From sequence record PZ445420.1: 58,073 nucleotides of DNA. One strand, written 5' to 3'. Positions within the stretch are counted from its first letter, which is position 1. Each line of letters starts with the position of its first letter. A program made the position numbers and the translations under genes. The notes under the pieces are model-generated. The model did not search any database. It had not been told where the DNA came from and saw only the letters and a program-made list of their open reading frames with translations. The DNA comes from a phage. Below are positions 55,825 to 58,073 of this stretch, one piece after another.

Positions 55825-56306
55825 TTGGTATTGTTGCACCTTGGATACCACTTGTCATAATTGTTATTCTAGCCAACTGGGCTTATGACAATGCCATAGA
55901 ATCAGCTAGAAAGGAGGGTTTCGATGCCGGTGTGTCGTACCAAAAAGAAACTCAGAAAGCGGTTGATTTCGAGGAGGAGAAACGAAGAGCGTATGAGAAA
56001 GATACTATCGAACGTCAGTACAGATCTCGTATTGAATCTTTGGTTGCCGATCTTAATAATTATCGCGCTACTAATGACAGGTTGCACAACGAAATCGCAA
56101 CCGTCCGTAAGTACCTCGGTGACGCTACCGGCCCTCAGCCCGACAGCAAGACAACCGCCCAGATCGCCCGTGTGCTCACCGAGCTGTATTCAGAAAGCGT
56201 CACAGAATACAGACAAGTGGCAGAAGAGGCTGAAAAGTATCGTATTGCCGGCGAGCAGTGCGAACTACAATATGATGCAATGCGAAATCCGCGTAAAGCA
56301 AATTGA
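55806..56306 (+). CDS. i-spanin (Rz-like)
   Basis: 166 aa; N-terminal TM segment IIGIVAPWIPLVIIVILANWAY then charged coiled-coil; o-spanin-like ORF in +1 frame. Confidence 0.6.
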   Translation: MFLRRIIGIVAPWIPLVIIVILANWAYDNAIESARKEGFDAGVSYQKETQKAVDFEEEKRRAYEKDTIERQYRSRIESLVADLNNYRATNDRLHNEIATVRKYLGDATGPQPDSKTTAQIARVLTELYSESVTEYRQVAEEAEKYRIAGEQCELQYDAMRNPRKAN

Positions 56307-56337
56307 TAAACTGCAAAGTCCTTGTCGGGTTGCGTAA
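55993..56337 (+). CDS. o-spanin (Rz1-like lipoprotein) overlapping i-spanin gene
   Basis: Alternate frame; signal-like MRKIL...LPILIIIALLMTGC with lipobox Cys (codon 56083-56085) followed by Pro/Ser-rich segment. Confidence 0.55.
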   Translation: MRKILSNVSTDLVLNLWLPILIIIALLMTGCTTKSQPSVSTSVTLPALSPTARQPPRSPVCSPSCIQKASQNTDKWQKRLKSIVLPASSANYNMMQCEIRVKQIDKLQSPCRVA

Positions 56338-56428
56338 CTAAACGTTCAATCTTAATTGCACATAATTGATTGTGTACATCTGATAATTCAACTATGCTCT
56401 ATTCGGTTTAACTGAATGGAGCTTTTTT

Positions 56429-56863
56429 ATGACTGTGCAACCACGAGGCATTCGGAATAACAATCCAGGAAATATTCGTTGGGGTGATAATTGGAAAGGT
56501 CTTGTTCCTGAAGACAAACGGACTGATCGTTCTTTCTGTCAATTTATCGATGTAAAATACGGTATTCGCGCTATTGCGCGTATTCTACTAAACTACCGCA
56601 ACCGCGAAGGAATGAAAGGTGTCGGAAATAAAGGGATTGACACTGTACGGGAGATTATTTCGCGCTGGGCTCCGCCGAATGAAAATAACACTGAAGCCTA
56701 TATTCAATCTGTGTCTAAGGCTTGTGGTGTTGGTGCAGAACAGCCGATTTCATTGACCGATGATAAAATCATGCTTGCAATCGTGAAAGCGATTATCAAA
56801 CATGAGAACGGTGTGCAACCTTATTCTGATGAAGTTTTGCTCGCGGGTATTCACATGGCATAG
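56429..56863 (+). CDS. hypothetical protein in lysis cluster (possible endolysin; no catalytic motif recognised)
   Basis: 144 aa; N-terminal RNNNPGNIR motif; between spanins and holin-like gene. Confidence 0.3.
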   Translation: MTVQPRGIRNNNPGNIRWGDNWKGLVPEDKRTDRSFCQFIDVKYGIRAIARILLNYRNREGMKGVGNKGIDTVREIISRWAPPNENNTEAYIQSVSKACGVGAEQPISLTDDKIMLAIVKAIIKHENGVQPYSDEVLLAGIHMA

Positions 56864-56876
56864 TAAGAGGTTATAA

Positions 56877-57185
56877 GTGTCGCCGAACTGGGATTGGAAT
56901 ATAGTTTTTATTCTCACTGCCATTGCGATGGTAGGGGGTTCCCTTGGCTACGCTGCAAGAACCCATGATGCTAAAGAAAGGTTCAGACTGAGCTCCTTCA
57001 TTCAAGAGGGTGCTTTTTCTGCATTCTTTGGTTTCTTGATAGGTGTAATTAACGTGGAACATGGTGTCTCACTGGGGCTCAGTGGGGCGTTCATAGGCGT
57101 GTTATCTTGGTCAGGATCAAGAACAATGCTGAAGTTTCTACGGAGAAAAACGGAAGCATGTGACCGAGAAAAGGAAAGAGGCTGA
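56877..57185 (+). CDS. holin candidate (three TM segments, basic C-terminus)
   Basis: 102 aa; non-ATG start; hydrophobic segments then RRKTEACDREKERG tail. Confidence 0.4.
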   Translation: MSPNWDWNIVFILTAIAMVGGSLGYAARTHDAKERFRLSSFIQEGAFSAFFGFLIGVINVEHGVSLGLSGAFIGVLSWSGSRTMLKFLRRKTEACDREKERG

Positions 57186-57187
57186 TT

Positions 57188-57424
57188 ATGCGTCACTTCA
57201 TCAAAGATCTTCTTATATTGTGTAAGAAACCGCGATTGCTTTTCATCTATATGATGATTGGACTTGCACAAATTGGAGTCAGTGCTATCGCCATTGATCA
57301 GATGCACAAGAGACACAGGGTAAATGTGCAACCTTTGACGCCACCTGCTTATGTGGTCAACAAGGTCGAACAAATGAGACAAGACATCCAGGAGATAATG
57401 TACATTCCTAAAACAGAAATGTAG
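57188..57424 (+). CDS. small membrane protein (antiholin or lysis accessory candidate)
   Basis: 78 aa; one TM segment LLFIYMMIGLAQIGVSAIAI. Confidence 0.3.
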   Translation: MRHFIKDLLILCKKPRLLFIYMMIGLAQIGVSAIAIDQMHKRHRVNVQPLTPPAYVVNKVEQMRQDIQEIMYIPKTEM

Positions 57425-57439
57425 ATTGGTTTATAAGTA

Positions 57440-57478
57440 AAGCCCGCTCCTTGAATTTATATCGAGCGGGCTTTTTAT
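57440..57478 (+). terminator. rho-independent terminator after lysis cluster
   Basis: Perfect stem AAGCCCGCTC/GAGCGGGCTT with 14-nt loop followed by TTTTATT. Confidence 0.6.
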
Positions 57479-57506
57479 TGACATTTACTATAACCCTTGC
57501 AATTAA
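57478..57506 (+). promoter_or_regulatory. candidate sigma70-like promoter (TTGACA -35; weak -10)
   Basis: TTGACA at 57478-57483; AATTAA/ATTAAT 17-18 nt downstream; upstream of final ORF. Confidence 0.25.
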
Positions 57507-57553
57507 TTAATCCACCGCTTATATTCGTGTCAAGAATCGACAGGAGTAACGTT

Positions 57554-58073
57554 ATGGTAAAGCCTATCCTACCTTGGACACGTAGCATTGAATACGAAGC
57601 CGATCTCACTAAAGAAGAGATGGCTATACGTGACTCTGTCGTTGAAGAATATCTGTTCGATTATGATTGGGTTAATGCGTGTAAACGTGTAGGCATGAGC
57701 TCCGCAATGGCGTTTGATTATGCTAAACGTTTTCAGGATGATAGCTATTGCCAAAGACGAATTAAAGAACTTCAACAGCAGAAAGCAAGAAGTGCTGAAC
57801 GTGACCGTAAATACGAAATAGAACAAGAGCGCCAGCGCATCATTGAAGGTCTTAGATTTGAATCCACTTATCGTGGCCCTGGATCTTCTCAAGCTGCTCG
57901 TGTTGCTGCATATAAACAATTATGTAGTATCTTTGGATTTGAAGCTCCTAAGCAACAGAAGATGGATGTTGGTGTATCTACTGGTGTTATGCTGGTTCCT
58001 ATGGTTGGTTCTATGGACGATTGGGAAAAAGTTGCTGGGGAGTCTCAGACTAAGCTGCAAGAGGATACTTTAA
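57554..58073 (+). CDS. 3'-truncated ORF running off window end; candidate terminase small subunit by position
   Basis: ATG at 57554 with AGGAG RBS; open to last base (not in ORF track for lack of stop); assumes genome wraps to terL at position 1. Confidence 0.3.
   Translation, partial: MVKPILPWTRSIEYEADLTKEEMAIRDSVVEEYLFDYDWVNACKRVGMSSAMAFDYAKRFQDDSYCQRRIKELQQQKARSAERDRKYEIEQERQRIIEGLRFESTYRGPGSSQAARVAAYKQLCSIFGFEAPKQQKMDVGVSTGVMLVPMVGSMDDWEKVAGESQTKLQEDTL

Noticed and set aside
1-58073. tRNA genes, integrase/repressor lysogeny module, transposase or insertion sequences
   Set aside because: No cloverleaf-like conserved tRNA segments, recombinase motifs or terminal inverted repeats were recognised by eye; tRNAscan or HMM searches would be needed to be definitive.

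Overview
The window reads as a near-complete, roughly 58 kb genome of a virulent siphovirus-type tailed dsDNA phage; no integrase, repressor, tRNA or CRISPR array was recognised. Coordinates 1-21 kb carry a rightward morphogenesis module (large terminase, portal, scaffold, major capsid, head-tail joining, major tail, frameshifted chaperones, tape measure, lambda-like M/L/K/J tail-tip genes, tail fibre). Coordinates 21.4-49.7 kb carry a leftward replication and nucleotide-metabolism module: family-B-like DNA polymerase, a 7-deazaguanine DNA-modification cluster (FolE, QueD, QueE, Gat-QueC, DpdA-like), SF2 helicase, Cas4-like nuclease, SSB-like protein, Sak4-like ATPase, ligase, RNase H, dUTPase, primase-polymerase and many small unknown ORFs. 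Two non-coding control regions (49.7-50.7 kb and 52.4-53.0 kb) carry repeats, and 53-57.4 kb is a rightward block with an HslV-like peptidase gene and a spanin/holin lysis cluster. The window ends in an ORF that runs off the 3' edge, possibly the small terminase. All calls rest on motifs read by eye and on gene order; no database search or computation was run. The overall layout resembles what I recall of 9g-like enterobacterial phages with deazaguanine-modified DNA, but that is memory, not a verified match. The most interesting items are the HslV-like peptidase operon, the host-SSB tail motif on the helicase, unassigned genes inside the deazaguanine cluster, and the repeat-rich non-coding regions.
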